DNA from: an uncultured bacterium
Lineage (GTDB): Bacteria; Acidobacteriota; Thermoanaerobaculia; Multivoradales; JAHZIX01
Length of the DNA: 64,000 nt
Assembly (NCBI GenBank): GCA_965368975.1
Contig: CBDUPA010000002.1
Span: 256,001-320,000 of the forward strand
Reading direction: 5' to 3'
Shown here: positions 32,911-41,743 of the stretch, piece by piece
How the letters are laid out: each line of letters opens with the position of its first letter
Numbering within the stretch: position 1 is the first letter of the stretch
Translations under genes and position numbers: made by a program
Notes under the pieces: generated by a model
What the model was told of the DNA's origin: nothing
Seen by the model: the letters and a program-made list of their open reading frames with translations, nothing else
The model's database searches: none

Positions 32911-34155
32911 ATGCCCGTCGAACCTGCCACCGCATCAACCTCTGCCGTGCAGCCGCATCCGAAGGATCTCAACACGGCGCCCAATGCCCTGGCTCCAGGC
33001 TACAGCGCCTTCCGCGTCGACCAGCGCTTGTTGCTCAGCGGTCATTCGCACCAGGCCTGGCCGGACTGCGCACGCGAGGCACAATTGCAGGCGTACGACG
33101 ATGCGGCCCGCGATGTCGACGCCAAGTGGACGCGCGCCTTCGAGCAGGCGGCGCGGGTGCGTCGAGGCTACGCACAGCTGCTCGGCGACGCGACCGACAC
33201 CCACGTCACCTTGGCCAGCAACACACACGACCTGCTCGTGCGTCTGCTCTCGGCGCTGCCTTTGCGCCGGCGCCCACGCTTGGTGACCACCGACGGTGAG
33301 TTCCACTCGGCACGCCGGCAGCTACAGCGGCTGGCAGAAGAGGGCCTGGAGGTCGTCTGGGTGCCGGCCCAACCGGTCGACACCCTGGCCGAGCGCTTGA
33401 CTGCAGAGGTCCAGGGCGATCACGGCGACCGAACTGCCCTGGTCATGGTCTCGGCCGTGCTGTTCCGTACCGGCCACGTCGTCTCCGGCCTCGGAGACGT
33501 GCTGCGCGCCTGCCGCCGCGTCGGTGCCGAACTCCTGGTCGACGTCTACCACGCCCTTGGCGTCGTGCCTTTCCGCTTGGCCGAGCAAGGCCTGGAGGAC
33601 GCCTTCGTGGTCGGCGGCGGCTACAAGTACCTGCAACTGGGCGAAGGCAATTGCTTCCTACGCTTCCCGGCGGATCGTTGGCTGCGCCCCGTGATCACCG
33701 GCTGGTTCAGCGAGTTCAGTGCACTGGCCGCTCCCGATGGCGATGATCGCGTCGACTACGGCCAAGGAGGCGATGTCTTCGCCGGTGCCACCTACGACCC
33801 GGTGAGCCACTACCGAGGCGCCCGGGTCTTCGACTTCTTCGATGAAAAGGGCTTGACGCCCGCGTTTCTGCGCCAGGTAAGCCTGTACCAGGTCGGCCTC
33901 CTGCGGACCGAGGCCGAAGCGTTGGATGCCCCGCCGCAACGGCTCAGGATCGTAGATCCCGACCTCTCGCCTGAGAGGCGAGGTGGCTTCCTGGCCCTCG
34001 AGAGTCCGGAGGCCGAGATCTTGAGCCAGCGCCTGCGCGACGCCGGCGTCTCGACCGACAGCCGCGGAGACATCCTGCGTCTCGGTCCCGCTCCTTACTT
34101 GTGCGACTCCCAACTGCGCGACGCCGTCGCGATTCTTGGAGACCTGCTCCGATGA
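32911..34155 (+). CDS. Kynureninase-like PLP enzyme (aminotransferase class V)
   Basis: LSGHSHQAWPD, EFHS, LVDVYHALG, GGGYKYLQLGEG, P..TGWF, RGGF, DSRG..LRLGP. Confidence 0.78.
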   Translation: MPVEPATASTSAVQPHPKDLNTAPNALAPGYSAFRVDQRLLLSGHSHQAWPDCAREAQLQAYDDAARDVDAKWTRAFEQAARVRRGYAQLLGDATDTHVTLASNTHDLLVRLLSALPLRRRPRLVTTDGEFHSARRQLQRLAEEGLEVVWVPAQPVDTLAERLTAEVQGDHGDRTALVMVSAVLFRTGHVVSGLGDVLRACRRVGAELLVDVYHALGVVPFRLAEQGLEDAFVVGGGYKYLQLGEGNCFLRFPADRWLRPVITGWFSEFSALAAPDGDDRVDYGQGGDVFAGATYDPVSHYRGARVFDFFDEKGLTPAFLRQVSLYQVGLLRTEAEALDAPPQRLRIVDPDLSPERRGGFLALESPEAEILSQRLRDAGVSTDSRGDILRLGPAPYLCDSQLRDAVAILGDLLR

Positions 34156-34805
34156 TCAACCTCACTCCCGCCATGCTCGATCACCTGCAGCGAGCTACCG
34201 CTCTCGGCCTATGGCACGCCGGTGCCGTGCGCGTCAACGTCGAGGAGCCGTTCACGTTAGCGTCCGGCAAGAAGAGCCCGATCTACGTCAACTGCCGTCA
34301 GGTGATCTCCAGCCCGGCCTTCCTGCAGCTCTTCACCTCCTACGTACGCCTGCGCCTTGACGCCGGTGAGTTCGACTTCGACGCCGCCGCCGGTGGCGAA
34401 ACCGCTGGTATCCCCTTCGCCGCCTATCTCGCGCGCGACCTGGCCAAGCCGATGCTCTACGTGCGCAAGAAAGCCAAGGGCTACGGCATCGCGTCGAAAG
34501 TCGAGGGCACGGTGCAGCCGGGCTGGAAGGTACTGCTGGTCGAAGACCTGATCACGGACGGAGGCAGCAAGATCGGCTTCTTGGATGCCTTACGCGCTGC
34601 CGAAGCCGAGGTGACAGACGCACTGGTGCTGTTCGATCGCCAGCAGGGCGGCACCGAGCTGATGGCGGAGCACGGTGTGCGCCTGCATGCCGTGTCGGAT
34701 CGGGCGGCGGTGCTGGATGTCGCCGAGCGTCACGGGCTGCTGAGCGTCGGGGAACGCCAGGTGGTGGACGCCTACTTTGCTAACCCGGATGGCTGGCACC
34801 CGTAG
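34152..34805 (+). CDS. pyrE: Orotate phosphoribosyltransferase
   Basis: PFTLASGKKSPIYVNCR, GGETAGIPFA, YVRKKAKGYG, VLLVEDLITDGGS (PRPP motif). Confidence 0.9.
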   Translation: MINLTPAMLDHLQRATALGLWHAGAVRVNVEEPFTLASGKKSPIYVNCRQVISSPAFLQLFTSYVRLRLDAGEFDFDAAAGGETAGIPFAAYLARDLAKPMLYVRKKAKGYGIASKVEGTVQPGWKVLLVEDLITDGGSKIGFLDALRAAEAEVTDALVLFDRQQGGTELMAEHGVRLHAVSDRAAVLDVAERHGLLSVGERQVVDAYFANPDGWHP

Positions 34806-34841
34806 GTTTCTTTGTGTAGACTCTTGTGTGAAGGGGGTCTC

Positions 34842-35042
34842 ATGGCCACGAATCTCGACATCGATACTGTGCTTCTTCGAGAAGCACAGCAGATCGGCGG
34901 CTACCGCACCAAGAAGGAAACCGTCAACAACGCGCTCTCCGAGTTCGTCAAGCGACGTAAGCAGCTTGAGATTCTCGATCTCTTCGGGCGCCTCGACCCA
35001 GATCCAGACTACGACTACAAAGCAGCTCGAAAAGCGCGCTGA
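34842..35042 (+). CDS. vapB: VapB-family antitoxin
   Basis: MATNLDID..LL.EA...GG.RTKKETVN.AL.EFV; TGATG-coupled to a PIN gene. Confidence 0.88.
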   Translation: MATNLDIDTVLLREAQQIGGYRTKKETVNNALSEFVKRRKQLEILDLFGRLDPDPDYDYKAARKAR

Positions 35043-35452
35043 TGTCCAGCGTCCTGGTAGACACCTGCATCTGGTCGCTCGCACTGCGCCGGAACGAGCC
35101 CGGCGACCACCACCTGACCCAGAAACTGGCGAATCTCATTCGTGATCATCGAGCCCTGATGGTCGGCCCGATTCGGCAAGAACTCCTGTCCGGGTACAGC
35201 GACCTGGACCGCTTCGAGACCCTACGCAGCAAGCTGGCGCCCTTCGACAACTTTCCCATCCAGAGTTCGGACTACGAGACTGCCGCACGCTTTTCGAATC
35301 TTTGTCGCCGCAGGGGCATCCAGGGTTCGCCTGTAGACTTCCTGATTTGCGCCGTAGCCTACCGCGCAAAGAGTCCCATCTTCACTGTCGATCAAGACTT
35401 CGAACACTTCGCGCAGCATCTCGACATCTCTCTGTTCCCTACTGCACCGTGA
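35042..35452 (+). CDS. vapC: VapC/PIN-domain toxin
   Basis: VLVDTCIWS, IRQELLSG, DFLICA.A, IFT.D.DF. Confidence 0.9.
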   Translation: MSSVLVDTCIWSLALRRNEPGDHHLTQKLANLIRDHRALMVGPIRQELLSGYSDLDRFETLRSKLAPFDNFPIQSSDYETAARFSNLCRRRGIQGSPVDFLICAVAYRAKSPIFTVDQDFEHFAQHLDISLFPTAP

Positions 35453-37937
35453 CCCACACGCGCCGCGATCTTGCATCCCGATACGGAATCTCGACCTGGA
35501 AGCTGTGCCGCCCCGGCACTAAAGGCCAGCGCGCGGTGTACGGATAGTCGACCAGCTGGTATGGCTGGCCGTCGACCAGCCACAACACCTGCTCGACCCG
35601 CGGATCGACCACGACTTTCAAGGCCAGGGTCGCGCGTTCGGCCGGCATTTCCGGATCACGCAGGAGCTGCGCTTCCGGTTCCGGTGACGTGAGGGTGAGC
35701 CGAGGGGGTTCGAGGCTGGTGGCCGGGCGGATCTGGCCGTCGAGCCGAGGGAGCGCGCGAGCGGAGACGGGATCGAGGTCAAGAGGGCTGAGCTGCTGCG
35801 GTGGCGGGATCAAGCCGACCACGACGGCCCAGGAAGCGTAGTGCGGCGGTAGCTGGACGAAGGGACGGATCTCGACCTCGGCGGTCGGTGTATGACCACC
35901 AGCCAGCAGACCGTTGCGCCGATCGATAGCGCGCAAGAGGTGCGCGGTGCAAGGATCTACCGGAGCCTGACCCGAGGCGAACCACTCCCGCGTCACGCGA
36001 TCGCAGGCCGGGCTGGCGCGCGCGCCGGTGAGCGCGCACAGCCGGACACTCTCGTGGCCACGCGGCGGCGGGAAGGAGCCATCCTCGAGACCATCGAGCT
36101 GGTCCGGGTGCAGAGACACCAGGATTGCGTGCACCAGGCTGGCACCGGCACGGTAGCCGGAAAGACCCTGCATCGGGCGGTAGTCCGGATGACCGACCCA
36201 GGCGCCGACCAGGTAGCGCTCAGACCACGCGACGGCCCAGGCATCGCGATACTGGGACGACGTCCCCGTCTTGACCGCGACGGGGAACGGAAATTCGGCG
36301 TGCCCCATCCGCGGGAAACTCGGCAGGCGTGCCATGGGATCAGCGAGAAAGAGAGCGAGTTGCCGTGCGGTGGCTTCAGACAGCACTCGGCGCTCGGGGC
36401 CAGAATCACCCGCAACCCAGACCAGCTCGCCGAGCAGCCCATCGTTGGCCAGCACGGAATAGGCAGTCATCAACCGCTCGAGCGTGACAGGAAGCGCCCC
36501 GATGGCCAGACCCAGGCCATAGTAGCGAGCGCTCTGGTTGCGCTCGTGCAGACCCAGATCGGCGAAGTGACTGTAGACCTCATCCAGGCCCAGCTGCCGC
36601 AGCAACACGACGGCCGGCACGTTACGGGAGTTGCCAAGCGCGACACGCGGCAGCTGCGGACCGAGGAAACGGTGGTCCGCGTTGCCAACGCCGCTCGGTC
36701 CACGGTCGAGATCGTCGAGGACAGTGGCCGGCGTAATCCGTCCGCGCTCGAGGGCCAAGGCATAGAGAAACGGCTTGAGAGTGCTGCCCGGAGAGCGCTC
36801 GATGCGCGCGTAGTCGATGGCGCCAGCTCGGCTCTCGTCGAAGTAGCTGGAGGATCCGACCCAGGCCAGCACCTCGCGACTGCGACGATCGAGAACGATC
36901 ACGGCCGCGTTGCCGGCACCGCGGCTCTGCCAGGCGTCGAGGCTGTTGCGCACGTGCCAGGTGGCGGTGCGCTGGATGTCCAGGTCGAGCGTGGTGGTGA
37001 CACGGGGTGCACGCTGCAGGCGCTGACGCTCGGCGGCTGGTAGGTCGGGGCGGCCGAGGCGTTCGCGCAGGTAGAGAACCGCGTGCAGGGCTTCCTCGGG
37101 TCGCTGTTCGCGCGCCGGGATGGGCAGGTGGCGGATCTGCTGGCGTGCCAGCTGGTATTCCTCGTCGTTCAGGTGTCCCTCTCCGTGCAGCAAGTCGAGG
37201 ATGCGCAGGCCGCGCCGCGTGGCGCGCGCCTTGCCCAGCGGCCGGAAGGGATTGTGCCGTGACGGCGACTGGGGGATGGCTGCCAGGAAGGCGACTTCGG
37301 CCCAGCTGAGATCCTCCACCGGCTTGTCGAGATAGCGGCGCGCGGCATAGCGGATGCCGTAGACCTGGTTGCCGTAGGGCACGATGCGCAAGTAGTGCCG
37401 CAACACCGCGTCACGGCCGTGACGGCTGGTCAGTGCCAGCGCGATCAAGCCTTCGAGGGCCTTGTTGACATAGGTCCTGGCACCAGGCTGCTGCATGCGC
37501 GCCACCTGCATGGCCAGCGTCGAAGCACCGGAAACGCGGTCGGCGGAGCGTAGGTTCTGAACCAGGGCGCGCGCCACTGCACGCGCGTCAACACCTGGAT
37601 GACGACGAAAACGTCGATCCTCGACCGCCAGCGTCGCCGCCACAACGCGCTCGGGCAGCTCGAGAACCGGCCAGTAGCCGTACCCGACGTCCGGGTCGAC
37701 CTGCCCCGCGCCGGAGCTGATACCCGCGACCTCACCCAGGAAGCGGCCGTGTCGATCGCGCAGCAGCAGCGTGGCCTGCGGCGACTCCAGGGTCGAGCGT
37801 TGCCAGATCATCACCAGCAGCCAGGCCAAGACTACGGCCAGCAGACCGGTGCACACCATGAGCACCCGCCGCCGGCGCACCGGTAACCGGCGCCAGGCCA
37901 AGACAAAGCGGGTCCAAAGCTGTCGCAGGCGAGCCAC
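35439..37937 (-). CDS. pbpC: Penicillin-binding protein 1C (start approximate)
   Basis: TM anchor; EDRRF..HPGVD, SGASTL.MQVAR, PGSTLKPF, S.N, KTGTS...RDAW; C-terminal BiPBP_C-like domain. Confidence 0.9.
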   Translation of the reverse strand: MARLRQLWTRFVLAWRRLPVRRRRVLMVCTGLLAVVLAWLLVMIWQRSTLESPQATLLLRDRHGRFLGEVAGISSGAGQVDPDVGYGYWPVLELPERVVAATLAVEDRRFRRHPGVDARAVARALVQNLRSADRVSGASTLAMQVARMQQPGARTYVNKALEGLIALALTSRHGRDAVLRHYLRIVPYGNQVYGIRYAARRYLDKPVEDLSWAEVAFLAAIPQSPSRHNPFRPLGKARATRRGLRILDLLHGEGHLNDEEYQLARQQIRHLPIPAREQRPEEALHAVLYLRERLGRPDLPAAERQRLQRAPRVTTTLDLDIQRTATWHVRNSLDAWQSRGAGNAAVIVLDRRSREVLAWVGSSSYFDESRAGAIDYARIERSPGSTLKPFLYALALERGRITPATVLDDLDRGPSGVGNADHRFLGPQLPRVALGNSRNVPAVVLLRQLGLDEVYSHFADLGLHERNQSARYYGLGLAIGALPVTLERLMTAYSVLANDGLLGELVWVAGDSGPERRVLSEATARQLALFLADPMARLPSFPRMGHAEFPFPVAVKTGTSSQYRDAWAVAWSERYLVGAWVGHPDYRPMQGLSGYRAGASLVHAILVSLHPDQLDGLEDGSFPPPRGHESVRLCALTGARASPACDRVTREWFASGQAPVDPCTAHLLRAIDRRNGLLAGGHTPTAEVEIRPFVQLPPHYASWAVVVGLIPPPQQLSPLDLDPVSARALPRLDGQIRPATSLEPPRLTLTSPEPEAQLLRDPEMPAERATLALKVVVDPRVEQVLWLVDGQPYQLVDYPYTARWPLVPGRHSFQVEIPYRDARSRRVWVTVQ

Positions 37938-38006
37938 GCGTCTATTCTCTCCCGTCTTGCAGCGCACTGCTAGAATCGAAACACCAACCCGCATCCAGGA
38001 GGCACC

Positions 38007-39029
38007 ATGCTCGGCATCCGCTTCATCAAGGTCCAGCCGACCGACTATGTCTTGCAGTACCGCCGCGGCCAACTCAAGCGGCAGGGCGCTGGCCTGTCGT
38101 TCTTCTACTTCGGACCGACGTCATCGCTGGTGCGCATCCCGACCGGCAGCGTCGACGTACCCTTCATCTTCGAAGAGGTAACTGCGGACTTCCAGAGCGT
38201 CACCGTGCAGGGGCAGCTGACCTACCGCATCGCCGAACCACAGGTGCTGGCCGGGCTGATGAACTTCACCCTGGGCACCAACGGCCGCGACTACGTCTCC
38301 GAAGATCCACAGAAGCTCGACCAGCGACTGATCAACCACGTCAAGGTGCTGACCACGTCGTCGCTCAAGGCGCTGAGCCTGCGCCAAGCCCTGGCCAGTT
38401 CGGACGACTTGGTGTCGACGCTGCGTGCCGGACTCGGTGAATCCGAGGCCATCCGCGCGCTGGGCATCGAGATCCTGGGCCTGTCGATCCTCGCCATCCG
38501 CCCGACCCCCGAGACCGCGCGGGCGCTGGAAGCCGAAGCCCGCGAGCAGATCTTGCGCGAGGCGGACGAAGCGGTCTACGCGCGCCGCAACGCGGCAGTG
38601 GAACAAGAACGGGCAATCAAGGAGAACGAGCTCAGTACCGAGGTGGCAGTCGAGAACAAGAAGCGACAGATCGAAGAGGCCAGGATGGACGCCAAGATGG
38701 CGGTCCAACAAAAGAACCGCGAGCTGCAGGAAGCAGGCATGGAGGCCAACATTGCGCTCGAGGAACAGAAGAAGACGCTGGTCGAGTTGGCGACCGAGAA
38801 CGCGCGCCAGGAAGCCGATACCAAGGCCTACGGCGTCTCCGCCATGATGAAGGCGCTGTCCGAGACGGACGTCAAGGTACTGCAGGCGCTGGCTGCCTCC
38901 AAGATGGAGCCGGGGCAGTTGATCGCCCAGGCCTTCCGCGACCTGGCCGCGGACTCGTCCAAGATCGGTCAGCTCAACGTCTCGCCCGATCTGCTACGCG
39001 AACTGCTCGACGGTCCCACGGACCGTTGA
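38007..39029 (+). CDS. SPFH/Band 7-domain protein (NrtX-like)
   Basis: G.GLSFFYF.P, VP.IF.E.TADFQ.VTVQGQLTYRI, coiled coil READEA.YARRNAAVEQERAIKENEL; SD AGGAGG. Confidence 0.85.
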   Translation: MLGIRFIKVQPTDYVLQYRRGQLKRQGAGLSFFYFGPTSSLVRIPTGSVDVPFIFEEVTADFQSVTVQGQLTYRIAEPQVLAGLMNFTLGTNGRDYVSEDPQKLDQRLINHVKVLTTSSLKALSLRQALASSDDLVSTLRAGLGESEAIRALGIEILGLSILAIRPTPETARALEAEAREQILREADEAVYARRNAAVEQERAIKENELSTEVAVENKKRQIEEARMDAKMAVQQKNRELQEAGMEANIALEEQKKTLVELATENARQEADTKAYGVSAMMKALSETDVKVLQALAASKMEPGQLIAQAFRDLAADSSKIGQLNVSPDLLRELLDGPTDR

Positions 39030-39039
39030 AGCACACCCC

Positions 39040-39972
39040 ATGCGAAAGAATGACGACAAGCTCGTCCTCGTGGTGCGCAAGACGCGTCTCGACGAGCTGG
39101 TCGCACGCTTCAACACCAAGTCGCAAGCGCGCTTCTACGTCGAGCACCTGGGGGCCGACTTTTCCGACTACCAGCTTGAGGACCAAGTCTACAAGGCAGC
39201 GGTGCGGCAAGTACGGGAAGAGCTGCAACAGCACGGCCGCGTCCACGTGGTGGACCGTGCTTTCTTGCCCAACTTCCTGTTCGGGCCACACGACCTCGTA
39301 ATCACCCTGGGCCAGGACGGCCTGGTCGCCAACGTTCTCAAGTACCTCGAGGGCCAGCCCGTGATTGGCGTCAACCCCGATCCGGCACGCTGGGAAGGCG
39401 TGCTGCTGCCATTTGAGCCCAGCGATCTGAGCCTGGTGGTGCCGGAGGTGATGTCCGACAAGCGATCGCGGCGCGAGGTCTCGATGGCCGAGGCACGTCT
39501 CAACGACGGCCAGACCCTACTCGGCGTCAACGACCTGTTCATCGGCCCCAAGAGCCACAGCTCGGCACGCTACGCCCTGCGCATCGGCGAGCGCGAGGAG
39601 CACCAGAGTTCGAGCGGCATCATTGTCTCGACCGGCCTCGGCTCGACCGGTTGGCTGCGCAGCATCGTCGCCGGAGCCGCCGGCATCGCGTCGCAGTTGT
39701 TGGAGCAGCCGCTCGAGACGCCGGCCGCCCGCTTCGACTGGGAGTCGGACTACCTCTGCTTCTCGGTGCGTGAACCGTGGCCCAGCACCACGACTTCAGC
39801 GAACATCACCTTCGGCCACATCACACGAAACACGCCGCTGCAGATCGTCTCGCAGATGCCCGAGCACGGCGTCATCTTCAGTGATGGCATGGAAAAGGAC
39901 TTCTTGCAGTTCAACTCCGGCGCCAAGGCCGAGATCAGCCTGGCGAAGACCAAGGGTCAGCTGGTCGTCTAG
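39040..39972 (+). CDS. NAD kinase (PpnK)-like protein (NrtY-like)
   Basis: ITLGQDGLVAN (GGDG variant), VIGVNPDP, VNDLFIG, QSSSGIIVSTGLGSTGW. Confidence 0.82.
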   Translation: MRKNDDKLVLVVRKTRLDELVARFNTKSQARFYVEHLGADFSDYQLEDQVYKAAVRQVREELQQHGRVHVVDRAFLPNFLFGPHDLVITLGQDGLVANVLKYLEGQPVIGVNPDPARWEGVLLPFEPSDLSLVVPEVMSDKRSRREVSMAEARLNDGQTLLGVNDLFIGPKSHSSARYALRIGEREEHQSSSGIIVSTGLGSTGWLRSIVAGAAGIASQLLEQPLETPAARFDWESDYLCFSVREPWPSTTTSANITFGHITRNTPLQIVSQMPEHGVIFSDGMEKDFLQFNSGAKAEISLAKTKGQLVV

Positions 39973-39991
39973 ACTGCTAAGCTGCCGGCGC

Positions 39992-41287
39992 ATGATTCCC
40001 CGGCCGTACCTCATCCTCTTCACCCTCTGGCTGCTGCTCTTCTCCATGTTCAGCCAGGTGATGATCGTGTCGCCCATCCTGCTGCAGATCGGGGAAGAGC
40101 TGGACGTACCCGTGGCCCGCCTGGGCCTGCTGATCACCGCCTACGCGCTGAGCATGGGGGTGTGCGCACTCGCTACCGGTCCGGTTTCGGATCGGGTCGG
40201 ACGGCGGCGCGTGCTCTTGGTCGGTTCGCTGATCATGACCGTCGCGCTGCTGCTGCACGGCCTGGCCTGGAGCTTCGCGTCCTTGCTGGCACTGCGCGCG
40301 CTCGCCGGCTTGGCGGCCGGCATGGTCAGTGCCTCGGCGGTCGCCTTCGTCGGCGACTACTACCCGCCACACCGTCGTGGTTGGGCCAATGGCTGGACAC
40401 TCAGCGGTATCGCCGTCGGCCAGATCGCCGGCGTCCCCGCGGGCACGCTACTGGCCGACCACTTCGGCTTTCGTGCTCCATTCGTCGGCTGCGCGGCCTT
40501 GATGCTGGCCGTGAGCCTCATGATCTGGCGTGTCATCCCGCACCTGGACACCGGTTCCGGCAGCGAGCGGCTCACCATCGCCGGAGCCGCCCGTGGCTAT
40601 GCCGAACTTCTGCGTAGCAAGACCACCGCTGCCGCCGCGATGGTGTTCTTCCCGATGTTCGGCGGCATCACGCTCTTCCTCTCGTACTACCCCACCTGGC
40701 TGCGCAGCGAGCACGGGTTTTCCGGCGGCGACATCGCGGTGATGTACCTGCTCGGCGGTGTCGGCAACATCCTCTTCGGGCCACGTGCCGGACGCCTGTC
40801 GGACCGTGTCGGCCGCAAACCGGTGATCCTCTTCGCCTGCATCGGCCTCGCCGTGCTCAAGCTACTGGCCCCCCTGGCCGTCGACCACTGGACCGCCAAC
40901 GCGCTCTTCTTCGTCGTCCTCGGCTGTTTCGCCTGCCGTGGTGGGCCGATGCGCAGTCTGATCACTGAACTGGTCCCCAGCCACCAGCGCGGCTCACTCG
41001 TCAGCCTGACCGTCGCCTTCGGCCAGACCGGGCTGGCGCTCGGCGGCGCCCTCGCCGGTCCTATCTACATCCGCTTCGGCTTCGCCGCCTGCGCCATGTC
41101 AGCCGCCGCCACCGCCCTTGTCGCCGCCGCGGCCATCTGGCGGCTGGTACCGGAGTCCCTACCACCGGACAAGCGCACTGGCGCTAAAGCAGAGCCACCC
41201 CCGGCAGCACCAGGGGTGGGATCGGGAGCGGGCGCCATCGTGGTCGAAGTCTGCAAGGCTGAGCCCGCATCTACCCGAGTTGGCTGA
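39992..41287 (+). CDS. MFS transporter (DHA1-like)
   Basis: ~12 TM; motif A GPVSDRVGRRRV and GRLSDRVGRKPV. Confidence 0.9.
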   Translation: MIPRPYLILFTLWLLLFSMFSQVMIVSPILLQIGEELDVPVARLGLLITAYALSMGVCALATGPVSDRVGRRRVLLVGSLIMTVALLLHGLAWSFASLLALRALAGLAAGMVSASAVAFVGDYYPPHRRGWANGWTLSGIAVGQIAGVPAGTLLADHFGFRAPFVGCAALMLAVSLMIWRVIPHLDTGSGSERLTIAGAARGYAELLRSKTTAAAAMVFFPMFGGITLFLSYYPTWLRSEHGFSGGDIAVMYLLGGVGNILFGPRAGRLSDRVGRKPVILFACIGLAVLKLLAPLAVDHWTANALFFVVLGCFACRGGPMRSLITELVPSHQRGSLVSLTVAFGQTGLALGGALAGPIYIRFGFAACAMSAAATALVAAAAIWRLVPESLPPDKRTGAKAEPPPAAPGVGSGAGAIVVEVCKAEPASTRVG

Positions 41288-41316
41288 CGTCTACATCCGA
41301 GTCTGCATTCTGCCTA

Positions 41317-41655
41317 CTAGTTCAGAGGCGTGCATGGTGGGCCTGGCACCGTCTGACAACCACCATAGAGACCCTGCATTCCGCCCGTGGCACAACCGGT
41401 ACCATTGAGCGCAGAACAAGTGGTCGTGCTACAAGCGAATTCGATAATCGGTTCAGTTGAGCCGTAGCAGGCACACGCACAAAGAGTCCCCGTTGAGGCC
41501 AGCGAGGGCTCCGGCGACATCAAAGGGATCTCTAGCTCAGCACTCTCTTCCTGCTCTGGCCCTGATGCAGTGTCCACAACTTCCCCGGGGGCGTCAGCCC
41601 ACAACGGGAAACTGACCAGGAACAAGCAGAACGTTAGCGTGATCATTCTCAGCAT
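41317..41655 (-). CDS. Small secreted Cys-rich protein
   Basis: SD AAGGAG; signal peptide ending PLWA, acidic spacer, C-terminal ~55 aa with 8 Cys; AT-richer islet. Confidence 0.65.
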   Translation of the reverse strand: MLRMITLTFCLFLVSFPLWADAPGEVVDTASGPEQEESAELEIPLMSPEPSLASTGTLCACACYGSTEPIIEFACSTTTCSALNGTGCATGGMQGLYGGCQTVPGPPCTPLN

Positions 41656-41743
41656 TCACTTCTCCTTAATTCTGAATTGCGACTATTTCCTGAAGGCATT
41701 GTTGCAGATTCAGAAGTTCAAGAAAAGAGACGTAAGCGTGAAC

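Noticed and set aside
37938-38072. N-terminal extension of pbpC overlapping the SPFH gene (and similar ORF-track extensions for kdsB, gap paralogue, TBDR, permease, MFS, 47373-49265)
   Set aside because: Downstream starts fit homologous N-termini and SD or -10 signals better, and avoid long overlaps.
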